From an uncultured Gemmataceae bacterium (GTDB taxonomy: Bacteria > Planctomycetota > Planctomycetia > Gemmatales > Gemmataceae): a stretch of DNA of 64,000 nt. The notes under the pieces are model-generated. The model had not been told where the DNA came from, did no database searches, and saw only the letters and a program-made list of their open reading frames with translations. Position numbers and translations under genes: made by a program. Location of the stretch: NCBI GenBank assembly GCA_963750165.1, contig CAVVPN010000003.1, positions 640,001 to 704,000 on the forward strand, given 5' to 3'. Shown piece by piece: positions 28,573 through 38,300 of the stretch (within the stretch, counting starts at the first letter, position 1; the number at the start of each line of letters is the position of its first letter).

Positions 28573-28743
28573 GTACACTGCATCAGGTAGCGGGCTTCCG
28601 TCATTTCTGGGGACGGATGGGCGCAGGCGCGGCAGATTGCTGCGCGAGTATACTGAAGAGGTTCGCCGAACCGTCCTTGGTTTCGCTGGCAAGGAAATCG
28701 CGGCCGCGCCAGCAGGGCGCGATCGGAGGCGGGGACTCAAATC

Positions 28744-29817
28744 ATGAAATACAACGTGCTCATTCTGGGGGCCTCTTACGGCTCGTTATTCGGCACCAAG
28801 TTATTGCTGGCCGGGCACCGCGTTGCGCTGGTCTGCACCAGGCCCACCGCCGAATTGATGAACCGAGAAGGGACCGTGGTGCGCTTTCCGATCAAGGGTC
28901 GGGAGTCGCTGCTCGACATCGCATCGCAGCAACTGCCGGGCACGCTGACTGCGGCCACGCCGGACGAGATCAACCCGGCCCCGTTCGACCTGGTTGTGCT
29001 CGGAATGCAGGAGGCCCAGTACGGTTCGCCCGGGGTCCGCGAACTCATGGGCCGCGTGGCCCGCGCGCGCGTGCCCTGCCTGGCGATCATGAACATGCCG
29101 CCGTTGCCCTACCTCAAGCGAATCCCTGGGCTGAGGACGGAAGCGCTCGAGTCGTGCTACGTCGATCCGCGTGTCTGGGACGAGTTCGATCCCGGGCTAA
29201 CCACGCTGGCGAGTCCCGATCCCCAGGCCTTTCGCCCGCCGGAGCAGCCCAGGAACGTTCTTCAGGTGGGCTTGCCGACCAACTTCAAGGCGGCGCGCTT
29301 CGGTGCCGAGGAGCCGACCGCTCTGCTGCGCCAGTTCGAGGCCGACATCGACCAGGCCCGCTACGACGCTGGCGACGGTCCCATCGAAATCCCGGTGAAG
29401 CTCAAGGTATACGATTCCCTGTTCGTGCCGCTGGCCAAATGGCCGATGCTGCTGGCCGGCAACTACCGTTGCATCCGGCGGGACAACATGATCTCCATTC
29501 AAGAGGCGATCCACGCCAACACCGACAAATCCCGTGAGATCTACAACTGGGTGTGGAAACTCTGCACCACTCTGGGCGCCGAGGATGCCGACCTGGTGCC
29601 GTTCGAGAAGTACGCCAAGGCGGCCGAGAGCCTTGTCAAACCCTCGTCCGCGGCGCGGGCGCTTTTTGGCGGCGATGAGCACATCGAGCGGATCGATTGG
29701 CTGGTCCGGCGGATCGCCGATCAACATGGCTTGCACTCCGAGACGCTGGACGAGATCGTCGCACTGGTGGACGAGCGCCTGGCAAAGAACCGCGCGTCAA
29801 GGCGAAGTCGTGTTTGA
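28744..29817 (+). CDS. Rossmann-fold protein, ketopantoate-reductase-like
   Basis: VLILGASYGSLFG..L..AGH.V.LV N-terminus; FDLVVLGMQE; 357 aa. Confidence 0.65.
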   Translation: MKYNVLILGASYGSLFGTKLLLAGHRVALVCTRPTAELMNREGTVVRFPIKGRESLLDIASQQLPGTLTAATPDEINPAPFDLVVLGMQEAQYGSPGVRELMGRVARARVPCLAIMNMPPLPYLKRIPGLRTEALESCYVDPRVWDEFDPGLTTLASPDPQAFRPPEQPRNVLQVGLPTNFKAARFGAEEPTALLRQFEADIDQARYDAGDGPIEIPVKLKVYDSLFVPLAKWPMLLAGNYRCIRRDNMISIQEAIHANTDKSREIYNWVWKLCTTLGAEDADLVPFEKYAKAAESLVKPSSAARALFGGDEHIERIDWLVRRIADQHGLHSETLDEIVALVDERLAKNRASRRSRV

Positions 29818-29984
29818 ATTTGACGGGAATTTTTGGATGGTGGGTCGGTAATGTTGCCAGCCTTCAGATCTCCAGATTTTTCTGCGGATTGATGCTGCGC
29901 CGGCTTTTCGGCGCCGAAGCGCCTTCTCATTGTGGCTGCTTGCATTGCGTCAACTTGGCAACATTACCGACCCACCGCCGAAGA

Positions 29985-30341
29985 TCAGGTTCCCCGCTGC
30001 TTTTCCTCTCTCCGCGCCTCCGCCGCCAACAGCCGCTCCAGCAGCACCGGGTTGACTGCCCCGCGGAAGCGCCACTTCCCCTGCACCGTCACGACCGGCA
30101 CGCTCTGGCCGTATCGCGCCGTCAGCGCGGCGTCGTTGTCGATGGTGACCAGACGCAGCCTATAATGCCAATGGCGCTGGAAGCGCTGCAACACCGGCCA
30201 CACCTTGTCGCACAACGGACAGTCGGAACGGCTGTACATCACCACCTCGACGTGGGGTAGCGACCGCGGTGGTGAAGACCGCCCTCTGCGACCGGTGAAA
30301 AACCGGCGAAGAAGGTGTGCAGTTTGCTTCCAAAAACCCAT
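29985..30341 (-). CDS. Glutaredoxin-like protein (DUF836 type)
   Basis: VVMYSRSDCPLCD, YGQSVPVV. Confidence 0.75.
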   Translation of the reverse strand: MGFWKQTAHLLRRFFTGRRGRSSPPRSLPHVEVVMYSRSDCPLCDKVWPVLQRFQRHWHYRLRLVTIDNDAALTARYGQSVPVVTVQGKWRFRGAVNPVLLERLLAAEARREEKQRGT

Positions 30342-30452
30342 ACGGGTGCGCCGTAGTCACGCCTGAAGGCGTTTGGTATGCTAGTGAAAATGCCGGCCGC
30401 CCCGACGAACGCCACGAAGCCGCGTCGAGGCCCGGCGGTATGAGGATATTCC

Positions 30453-32435
30453 ATGCCACCCCCGCGCGAGCAACCCAACCCCCCCGGCAAGAATCGCCGA
30501 CGCCCGGACGTCATGCCCGGCGGGTGGCTCTGGTTGATTTTATTGATCGTATTGGTCCTGGTCCTGGTCGTCGTGGTCGGCTCCAACAGCGGCGGCCTGC
30601 TCGGCTACAGCGATTTCGTCAGCCTGGTTAATCAGGGCAAGGACCACGAACACCCCGGCGCCCCGAACGCCGTCGTCAAGAAGGTCATCTTCGTCGGTCA
30701 GGACCGTCTGGAGGGCGAACTGTTCGAGGGCAAGCCCGACCCCGACAGCAGCATCGGCCGGCAGTTGCGCGGCAACCGCAAGTTCTCGACGCTGATCCCC
30801 CAGGGCGAAATCCAGACCGGCGCTGTCACCAAATTGCTGGTCGAGAATAACGTCCCGTTCTCGCGCCAGGACGACAACGGCGCCTGGTTCCAGCAGTTGC
30901 TCATGCTGATCCTGCCGGCGGTCATTCTGCTGGCCATCTTCTTCTTTTTCCTGTTGCCGCGCTTCCGCGACCCGCTGGGCGGCGGCTTCCTGAGCAACTA
31001 CATCAAGAGCCCGGCCAAGCGCTACGAGCAGGGCAAGAAGCGTGTCACCTTTGACGATGTGGCCGACATGCAGTCGGCCAAGAGCGAGCTGCAAGAGATC
31101 GTCGAATTCCTCAAGGATGCGCAGAAGTTTCAGCGGCTCGGAGCGCAGGTGCCCAAGGGCGTGCTGCTGATCGGGCCGCCCGGCACCGGCAAGACCCTGC
31201 TGGCCCGCGCCGTCGCCGGCGAGGCGGGGGTGCCGTTCTTCAGCATCAGCGGTTCGGAGTTCATCCAGATGTTCGTCGGCGTCGGCGCCAGCCGGGTCCG
31301 CGACATGTTCAAGACCGCCAAGGAGAACGCCCCGTGCCTGCTGTTCATCGACGAGATTGACGCCGTGGGCCGCATGCGCGGCGCCGGCGTCGGCGGCGGC
31401 TCCGACGAGCGCGAACAGACGCTCAATCAAATCCTCAGCGAAATGGACGGCTTCCAGCCGAACGAGTCGGTGATCGTGATCGCGGCGACCAACCGGCCGG
31501 ACGTGCTGGACTCGGCGCTGTTGCGGCCGGGCCGGTTCGACCGTCACGTGACCATCGACCGGCCGACCTGGCAGGGCCGGCTGGCGATCCTGAAGGTCCA
31601 CACGCGCAACAAACCGCTGGCGGACGACGTGAACCTGGAGCAGGTCGCTCGCAAGATGATCGGCATGACCGGCGCGGACCTGCGCAACCTGGCCAACGAG
31701 GCGGCGCTGCTGGCGACGCGCGAGAACAAGATGCGCATCGACCGCAGCGACTTCGAGCGCGCCGCCGACCGCGTGCTGATGGGGCCGAAGCGCGAGGAGG
31801 TGCTGAACAACGACGAGAAGCGGCGCACCGCCTACCACGAGGCCGGCCACACGCTGGTGAGCTACTACGAGCCGGAGGCGGACCCGCCGCAGAAGGTGAC
31901 CATTGTGCCGCGCGGCCGTGCCGGCGGCGTGACGTTCATCCCGCCGGACGAGGAACGCTTCCACCACAGCCTGGAATACTTCAAGGCCCGGCTGATGGCG
32001 CTGATGGGCGGTCGCGCCGCGGAGCGGCTGGTGTACGCCCAGCCCTACGCCGGCGTCGAGGAGGACCTGAAACAGGCGACCAAGTTGGCCCGCTACATGG
32101 TGACGCACTGGGGCATGAGCGAACGGCTCGGGCCAATGTCGTTCCGCATCGGCGAGGAGCACGTCTTCCTCGGCAAGGAGATTCAGGAGCCGCGCGACTT
32201 CAGCGAGCAGACCGCCGCCGTCATCGACGAGGAGGTGCAGAAGCTGCTGCGCGAGGCGGATCAGCGGGCGTTCGATTTGCTGTCCAAGCACCGTGACGAG
32301 ATGGACCGTTTGGTCGAGGCGCTGCTGCAGAAGGAGGAACTGCACGCCGAGGAGATCGAGGAACTGCTCGGCCATCCGCCGGCCAACCCGAGCAACAACG
32401 GGCCGCCGCAGAACGCGATCATGGCGCCGTCGTAG
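30453..32435 (+). CDS. ftsH: ATP-dependent zinc metalloprotease FtsH
   Basis: Two TM segments, [42 protein letters not shown]. Confidence 0.97.
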   Translation: MPPPREQPNPPGKNRRRPDVMPGGWLWLILLIVLVLVLVVVVGSNSGGLLGYSDFVSLVNQGKDHEHPGAPNAVVKKVIFVGQDRLEGELFEGKPDPDSSIGRQLRGNRKFSTLIPQGEIQTGAVTKLLVENNVPFSRQDDNGAWFQQLLMLILPAVILLAIFFFFLLPRFRDPLGGGFLSNYIKSPAKRYEQGKKRVTFDDVADMQSAKSELQEIVEFLKDAQKFQRLGAQVPKGVLLIGPPGTGKTLLARAVAGEAGVPFFSISGSEFIQMFVGVGASRVRDMFKTAKENAPCLLFIDEIDAVGRMRGAGVGGGSDEREQTLNQILSEMDGFQPNESVIVIAATNRPDVLDSALLRPGRFDRHVTIDRPTWQGRLAILKVHTRNKPLADDVNLEQVARKMIGMTGADLRNLANEAALLATRENKMRIDRSDFERAADRVLMGPKREEVLNNDEKRRTAYHEAGHTLVSYYEPEADPPQKVTIVPRGRAGGVTFIPPDEERFHHSLEYFKARLMALMGGRAAERLVYAQPYAGVEEDLKQATKLARYMVTHWGMSERLGPMSFRIGEEHVFLGKEIQEPRDFSEQTAAVIDEEVQKLLREADQRAFDLLSKHRDEMDRLVEALLQKEELHAEEIEELLGHPPANPSNNGPPQNAIMAPS

Positions 32436-32440
32436 GCATG

Positions 32441-32498
32441 CTGTCTTCGTTCATAGTTTCGCGCGGCGTTCAACCCGCGAAACTATGAACGAAGACAG
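32441..32498. terminator. Hairpin between convergent ftsH and ECF sigma genes
   Basis: ctgtcttcgttcatagtttcgcg ... cgcgaaactatgaacgaagacag. Confidence 0.75.
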
Positions 32499-32510
32499 TT
32501 GGGGCCCCGC

Positions 32511-34167
32511 CTATTTCTGCCCGGACCGCAAGGCGTGCCACGAGGTGCCCGGGTACGGTTCGCCGAGCCAGTCGCTCAGGGTCCGTTGCTGGGCCGGGGT
32601 CAGCACGTCAAAGAGCATTTGCAGACCCCGGGCGTTCCAGGAATCCGAATTATCCAGCATCATGTACGTGCTTTCGCTAAACAGGAGGCGGTTCGTCGGC
32701 CGCGCTGACCACAGAAGTACGCCGGACTGATTTTGCCAAGGGTGGACGCCGTACGTCTGGGCGAGCGTCACCCGGCGATACTGGGTCACCAACCGCATAC
32801 TTTGGGCCTTCAGGACAGTCTCGATCTGCTTCACCTGCTCGTCATCGATCTTCAGCAGGCGTTGCATCTTCGCGTCCGTGAGCAGGTCGTCGAGGCTGCG
32901 CTGTTGCCGCTGGATATGACGGAGCCGGGTGACGGCCTTGTCGGACAGGATGTCGGGAGCGTTCTTGCCGAGCGCCTGTCTCCGCTGCTGCTCGATCTGC
33001 GTGCGCCGCGTGTCGATGCCCTTGTTAAGCTCGGCGATGCGCTGGTTCAGCGCCTCGATCTGCTGCTGCAACTCCTGGATCGCTTGCTGCCGGGGCTTGT
33101 TCTTGACATCAACGGCTTGCGAAATGGCCTGAATGCGTGCGACCTGCTGTTTGCTGAGGCGCAGTTCCTTTTGCACCTGCTCGTCCAGGAGCAGGTTGCC
33201 GTCGAGCGGCTCGGGGGCTTTGCCCTTGCCCTGCTCGGGTCGGCCGGCCGGGGCCGGGTCGGGGGGCGCCGCCTGCGCCGGCGGGGCCAGCAGGCTGGCC
33301 AGGTTGCCGAAGAGGCCGGCGCCAAAGCCGCCCAGGACCACGCCGAGGACGAGAACCGAGATCACCTTGAGTTTGCTCAGGAACATGGTCTTCAACACTC
33401 CTTCCGAAAGGGCGAGGGTTTCCGCGGAAACGACGCCGGCCGTGGACTGGCCCGCCGCCGTCAAGACGGCCGCGGCCACCGCCGCGCCGGCCAGGGACGG
33501 CGCCACGGCCGACGCCTGCCCGGCGAGGACGGCCGCCAGGGCCGGGCCGGACAGGGTGACGCCGTGCCGCGCCAGGCGCCGGGCCAGCAGGGCACGGGCC
33601 TTGGCGAGCCGGCTCGACAGCGTCCCCTCGGGGATGTTCAGCGTCCGGGCCACCTCCTTGCGGGACCGGCCTTCCAGGTCGCACAGCACCACCGGCACGC
33701 GGTACTTCTCCGGCAGCCGACCGAGTTCGCCGTCCAGGGCCTGGTGCAGGGCGTCCACATCGACGTCGGGGGCCACGGCCGGTTGCGGCATGTCGGTCAC
33801 CTGCCTTTCGCGGGCCTGGTGGCGCACCCGCCGGCCCCGCGCTTGCAAGGCGGTGCGATAGGCGACGCCGTACAGCCAGTTCCCCACCAGGTCGCGCGGC
33901 ACCACGGACGCCGCCTTGCGCCAGCACCAGGAAGGTGGCCTGGAAGGCGTCCTCCGCGTCCTGGGCGTGGCCGATCACGCGCCGGCACACGCCCAGCACC
34001 ATCGGCCCGTGGCGTTTGACCAGCAGCGCGAACGCGGCCTCGTCGCCCCGGGTCAAGAAGGCGTCGAGCAGCCGGCCGTCCGCCAGTGCCTCCGGTTCGC
34101 GCCGCAGGGCCGCGCGCCGGACGGCGCCGACCAGCCGGCGCAGGCCATTCCTGGAACGGGTCGTCAT
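32511..34167 (-). pseudogene. ECF sigma-70 factor with TM and periplasmic C-terminal extension, frameshifted at ~33918
   Basis: [36 protein letters not shown] in one frame and WLYGVAYR...[24 protein letters not shown] in the next; adding GC restores 'LARKAASV'. Confidence 0.85.
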
Positions 34168-34317
34168 GGTTCGTGTCCCCCGGGACGGGCGTACGCTCTA
34201 TCTATGATTGTGGGGGAGCGCGGCGGCGCGTCAGTTTTTTTGCGCGGAATCCGGCGAGGTGATTTGGTAGAGGCAGCAGGATGAGGGTGTTTGGTGCAAC
34301 AGCCAGGGACGCGGTAG

Positions 34318-34350
34318 CCGTAACCGCAAGCGGGCCGCTTGCGGTTACGG
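34318..34350. repeat. REP-like palindrome overlapping the kinase gene stop
   Basis: ccgtaaccgcaagcgg-g-ccgcttgcggttacgg. Confidence 0.8.
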
Positions 34351-37300
34351 ATCGAGCGGCAACCAATCCATCAGATCAAAGCGCGAGTGCGGCGAGGTCA
34401 CTGGCGTGGCGTTGGCCAGATCGTAGGCTTCGCGGCAGCCGCGGAGCACGCGCTGCAGGTCGTGGGCGCTCAGCCACGGTTGTTCGCGACAGAACATCAG
34501 GTCCGACTGGCCCGGCACGCGCACCACCTTCAGTTGCGGCAACACCTGGGCACAGGCGTCGCCCAGGGCCTTGCCGGCCTCGCTCGCGGGCGTCAGCAGG
34601 AATTGCTGCTGGTGCTGGGCGGCCTTGCCAGCGCTGAGCAGCGGCATCGCCCGCTCCAGGTACATCTTCGCCTGGGCCTCCAACTCCCCCGGTTGCGCCA
34701 CCACCGGCCCGTCCGGGCTGGGAGTGACGCCCACTTCCTGGCTCAGCAACTGGGCCACGTCCATGATGGGCAGGTACTGGCCCAGCAACGTCACCGTCTC
34801 GTCCAGCAGCGGGCCGATCAGCGTCCGCATGATGTCGCCGGAGTTCGTGCAGGCCGCGTGCAGGCCACCGCGCGGCACCAGCACACGCTCGTGCAAATCG
34901 CGGTCCAGCTGCAGCCACTGCTCCGGGCTGACGCGCTGCAGGAAGCGCAGGGCCGCCCGCTCCAGGTCCTGTTCGCCGTCCGGCAGCACCACGCGGGCCG
35001 TCTGCGACTGGCGGATGGCGTCGTAGAACGACTCGGTGGAGGGGATCGGCGAACCGCTCAGTGTCAGCTCCCCGGCGCGGGTGTTGGTCAAATCCTCCTC
35101 CGCGCCGGCGGCGTACACCGGGTTCTCCAGGTACTCCTGCAGGTGCCGCAGCCGCTGCCGGCAGAAGTTCATCTCACGCAGCCGGTCGCCGAGCTTGCCG
35201 GCCAGGGCCAGGAAGAAGTGCCGGCAGGCCGACGCGATTTCCTCGGCCAACCGCTGCCGGGCGAAGGCGCTGGCGCGCTCCACGAAGCCGCGGAGCAGCT
35301 TGCGGCTGGACCGGCCGCCGAACAGACGGAAGCCGCCGCCGCCGAGGATGCACTCCTCAAGTCCCGCCTCCAACAGCTGCGTCGCCTGCACCGATCTGGC
35401 CGACTGCTGCCGGCCGTGCTCAAGCTGTTCCGCCGCCTGGTACTGACAGAAGTCCTTCATGCACCCCAGCGCCGCCTCCGCCGCCGCCAGCCGCGCCCCT
35501 GGATGCTCCATGACGCCGACCAGCCCCGCCGACAACTTCTGGTCCCACTCGTCTGCCAGCTTGTGCGCCGCGGACTGAAGCACGCGCTGCAATTTCGTCT
35601 TGCGCCACTCCAGGTTGTTGTCCTGCGACAGTTCGCCGGCAGCGCCAACCCAGTCGAGCACCCGGGTCGTCGCCTGCCGCGCCCAGTTGCCGGGATCCTC
35701 GTAAGCCACCATCTGCAGGGACTGATCCTCCAGCGTGGACAGGAAGCCCGCCAACGCCTCGCCGGCCGTGGCGCCCAGTTCGCTCAGCGCCGGTCCATTG
35801 GAGGTCGCCTCGATGCGCTGGCAAACCGCGTCCGGGTGCAGCTGCGGATGGGCCAACAATACGTTGCACACCTTCTGCACCTGGGCGGCCGCCGCGGAAT
35901 TCACGCCGAGGTCGCCCGCCGCCACCCAGCCCTCGACCAGCCGCCGGCACGCCCGTCGCGCCGCCAGCCGCAGCAGCAGACCGCGCGGGAACCAGACCGC
36001 GTAGGTGCCGAAGCTGCGGAACATCGTCGTCACGCCCGCCAGCGGGCCCGCGGCGCCGTCGGCCCCCTGGTCGTGCCGCAGGCCGTCCAGGCGCAGGCCC
36101 AGCGGCGTCGTCAGCTCGTGGAACAGGTAGCTGCCCAGGTGCGAAACCGTTTGCTCCAGCGCGTCCGGGGTGCGGTGGGCCAGCGGCAGCAGGTAGGTAC
36201 TGTTGAAGGGCATCCCCTGATCGACGATGCGCTGGCCGTCCTGGCCGTACTGGGCCACGAACGGGATGGTCGGGTCGGCGAAGTGGTTCAGCTCCGTCAG
36301 CGTGGCGTAGACGTTGGCCTGTTCGCTCTTGGGCGTCGCCGGGTCGTTGGGCGCGCCGCACAGCAGCAGGGCGGTCAGCTCCGCCTCGGGGTGCCGCATC
36401 TGGTGCAACATGCGCCGCAGGGCGTAGCCCAGGTCCGCCAGCAGGCCGCTGCTGCCGCCGCCGGCCGAGGCGATGACGTAGACGCGCGGCGTGTTGTCAC
36501 GCAGGGCCAGACCGGTCAGCGTCACGGACTGGTAGATCACGTCCGGGTTGGTGACCTCCTGAATTTCCTTGCGCAGCCGGGCCACCAGGCGCTGGTGGTT
36601 GTCCACGAAGGCCAGGCGGCCCAGAGCGCGCGCGCCCTGCGTCTGCAGCGACCGCGGCATGGCATAGAGCTTCTCGCGCGGCATCCACTCGCTCAGCTGA
36701 TCGAGCATGCGGCGGCGGTAGTTGCCGACCTGCTGCAACGGCAGCGGGTAGACCTCGGAGCGCGCGAAGGCCACCTCGGGGGCGCCGCGCACCGCTGTGT
36801 TGATGGCCTCGGGATCGGCGTCAATGCACAGGAAGCGCAGCAGCGGCAACTTGCTCAGGTCGCCGAAGCGGTCAAGGAAGCGGCAGCGCAGTTCCAGCAG
36901 CGCCTTGCGCCCGAAGCCGCCGACGCCCAGGATCAGCGTCGGCCGCAGGGCTCCGGTGGCGGGTTGGGCCACGGTCATGCCCAGTTCGCTGCCGGCCTCG
37001 CGGTCCTCCGTGGTCTCCACCGGCGCGGCGCCACCGCCCAGGTCCACCAGGTTGGCCGGGTCCTGCGAATCCTGTTCAAGCAGGAAGTCCTCCATCGTGT
37101 CGGCGATGGACTTCGGCCGAACCGCCGCCTTGCCGGCCAGCGCCACCTCCGCGGCAGCCTCGCGGCTCACGCCGCGCGTTGGGTAGCGGACGGCGTACAG
37201 CGCCCGCAGGAACGACATGCAACTCGGGAAGCGCCGGGCCGGGTCCTTGGACAGCGCCCGCGCCACGACCGGCCGCTCCGCCTCCGGCAGCGGCCGCAGT

Positions 37301-38007
37301 TCGGGCTCGCCCTGCAAATGCTGCTGCGCCAGCGCCCGCACGTTCTTGCCGACGAAGGGCCGCTGACCGGTCAACAATTCCTGGTAGACGATGGCCAAAC
37401 TGTACTGGTCGCTGCGGTCGGAGATTTTGCCGTTGAAGGTTTCGGGCGGGGCGTACAGGGGCGTGACGCCGCCGAGCAGGCCGGAGGCGCTCTGGCGTTC
37501 GAGGTGCTTGACCAGGCCGAAGTCGGCGACCTTGACGCGATCACTAATGAGGAAGAGGTTGCGCGGCTTGACGTCGAGATGCTGCAGGCCGTGCTTCTCG
37601 TTCATGTGGTCGAGCGCCTCGGCCGCGTCGCGCAGATAGCGGAGCAGGTCGTCGCGCGGGATGCCGATCATGCCGGCGTTCTGGCACTCCAGGTACAAAT
37701 CGTGCAGGCTCTTGTCCGCCAGCTCCATGACGATGACCAGCTCGCCCTCGACCACCTTGATGAGGTCCAGCGAGCAGACGAACGGATGGCGGACTTCTTT
37801 GATGCGCTGCAGCGCGTGCAGTTCCTGTTCGGCGCGGACGCTGTCGAGGTCCACGGAGTTGAGATTGCCGTAGACGAATTTGATGGCCTTGAACAGACCG
37901 CCGGGCGCCTCGCACTTCCAGACCTCGCCGAAGCCGCCGCTGCCCAGCGGCTCAATCAGGCGATAGCCCGCGATGGGCTCAGCGTTCGGTTCACGAATCC
38001 AACTCAT
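34345..38007 (-). CDS. Ser/Thr protein kinase fused to tubulin-like (Tubulin_2-type) domain and helical C-terminus
   Basis: LGSGGFGEVWK, AIKFV, HLDVKPRNL, DFGL, YAPPE; then PTLILGVGGFG, FLCIDAD, RALGRLAF, VYVIASAGGGSSG. Confidence 0.88.
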   Translation of the reverse strand: MSWIREPNAEPIAGYRLIEPLGSGGFGEVWKCEAPGGLFKAIKFVYGNLNSVDLDSVRAEQELHALQRIKEVRHPFVCSLDLIKVVEGELVIVMELADKSLHDLYLECQNAGMIGIPRDDLLRYLRDAAEALDHMNEKHGLQHLDVKPRNLFLISDRVKVADFGLVKHLERQSASGLLGGVTPLYAPPETFNGKISDRSDQYSLAIVYQELLTGQRPFVGKNVRALAQQHLQGEPELRPLPEAERPVVARALSKDPARRFPSCMSFLRALYAVRYPTRGVSREAAAEVALAGKAAVRPKSIADTMEDFLLEQDSQDPANLVDLGGGAAPVETTEDREAGSELGMTVAQPATGALRPTLILGVGGFGRKALLELRCRFLDRFGDLSKLPLLRFLCIDADPEAINTAVRGAPEVAFARSEVYPLPLQQVGNYRRRMLDQLSEWMPREKLYAMPRSLQTQGARALGRLAFVDNHQRLVARLRKEIQEVTNPDVIYQSVTLTGLALRDNTPRVYVIASAGGGSSGLLADLGYALRRMLHQMRHPEAELTALLLCGAPNDPATPKSEQANVYATLTELNHFADPTIPFVAQYGQDGQRIVDQGMPFNSTYLLPLAHRTPDALEQTVSHLGSYLFHELTTPLGLRLDGLRHDQGADGAAGPLAGVTTMFRSFGTYAVWFPRGLLLRLAARRACRRLVEGWVAAGDLGVNSAAAAQVQKVCNVLLAHPQLHPDAVCQRIEATSNGPALSELGATAGEALAGFLSTLEDQSLQMVAYEDPGNWARQATTRVLDWVGAAGELSQDNNLEWRKTKLQRVLQSAAHKLADEWDQKLSAGLVGVMEHPGARLAAAEAALGCMKDFCQYQAAEQLEHGRQQSARSVQATQLLEAGLEECILGGGGFRLFGGRSSRKLLRGFVERASAFARQRLAEEIASACRHFFLALAGKLGDRLREMNFCRQRLRHLQEYLENPVYAAGAEEDLTNTRAGELTLSGSPIPSTESFYDAIRQSQTARVVLPDGEQDLERAALRFLQRVSPEQWLQLDRDLHERVLVPRGGLHAACTNSGDIMRTLIGPLLDETVTLLGQYLPIMDVAQLLSQEVGVTPSPDGPVVAQPGELEAQAKMYLERAMPLLSAGKAAQHQQQFLLTPASEAGKALGDACAQVLPQLKVVRVPGQSDLMFCREQPWLSAHDLQRVLRGCREAYDLANATPVTSPHSRFDLMDWLPLDP

Positions 38008-38196
38008 GGATCGGTCCTGCCTTCACTACCTGACTGCGTCATCGGTCGCACTCGCACAGGGCGTCGGACGGACGAGAACGGCAGGGAGTCTTTCCCGCAC
38101 CCGGCACGCTTGGCTCCGACTTTGAGACTTTGCTACCCAAGCGTAGTTCGCAACCGGGCGGTTGTCCAATCGTTCCGATGGCGGGTGTTTCCATCT

Positions 38197-38300
38197 TCTC
38201 CCTCCCCCCCGGGGGAGGAGGGTGGGGGTGGGGGAGATCCCACTCCGGTCAATCAGGGTTCCTCCCCCCCCCACCCCAACCCTCCCCCACCAGGGGAGAA
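38197..38300. repeat. C/G-run palindromic element (CCCTCCCC...GGGAGxG family)
   Basis: ctccctccccccc-ggggaggagggtgggggtgggggag ... ctccccccccaccccaaccctccccc; a related half element lies at ~18560-18600. Confidence 0.65.
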
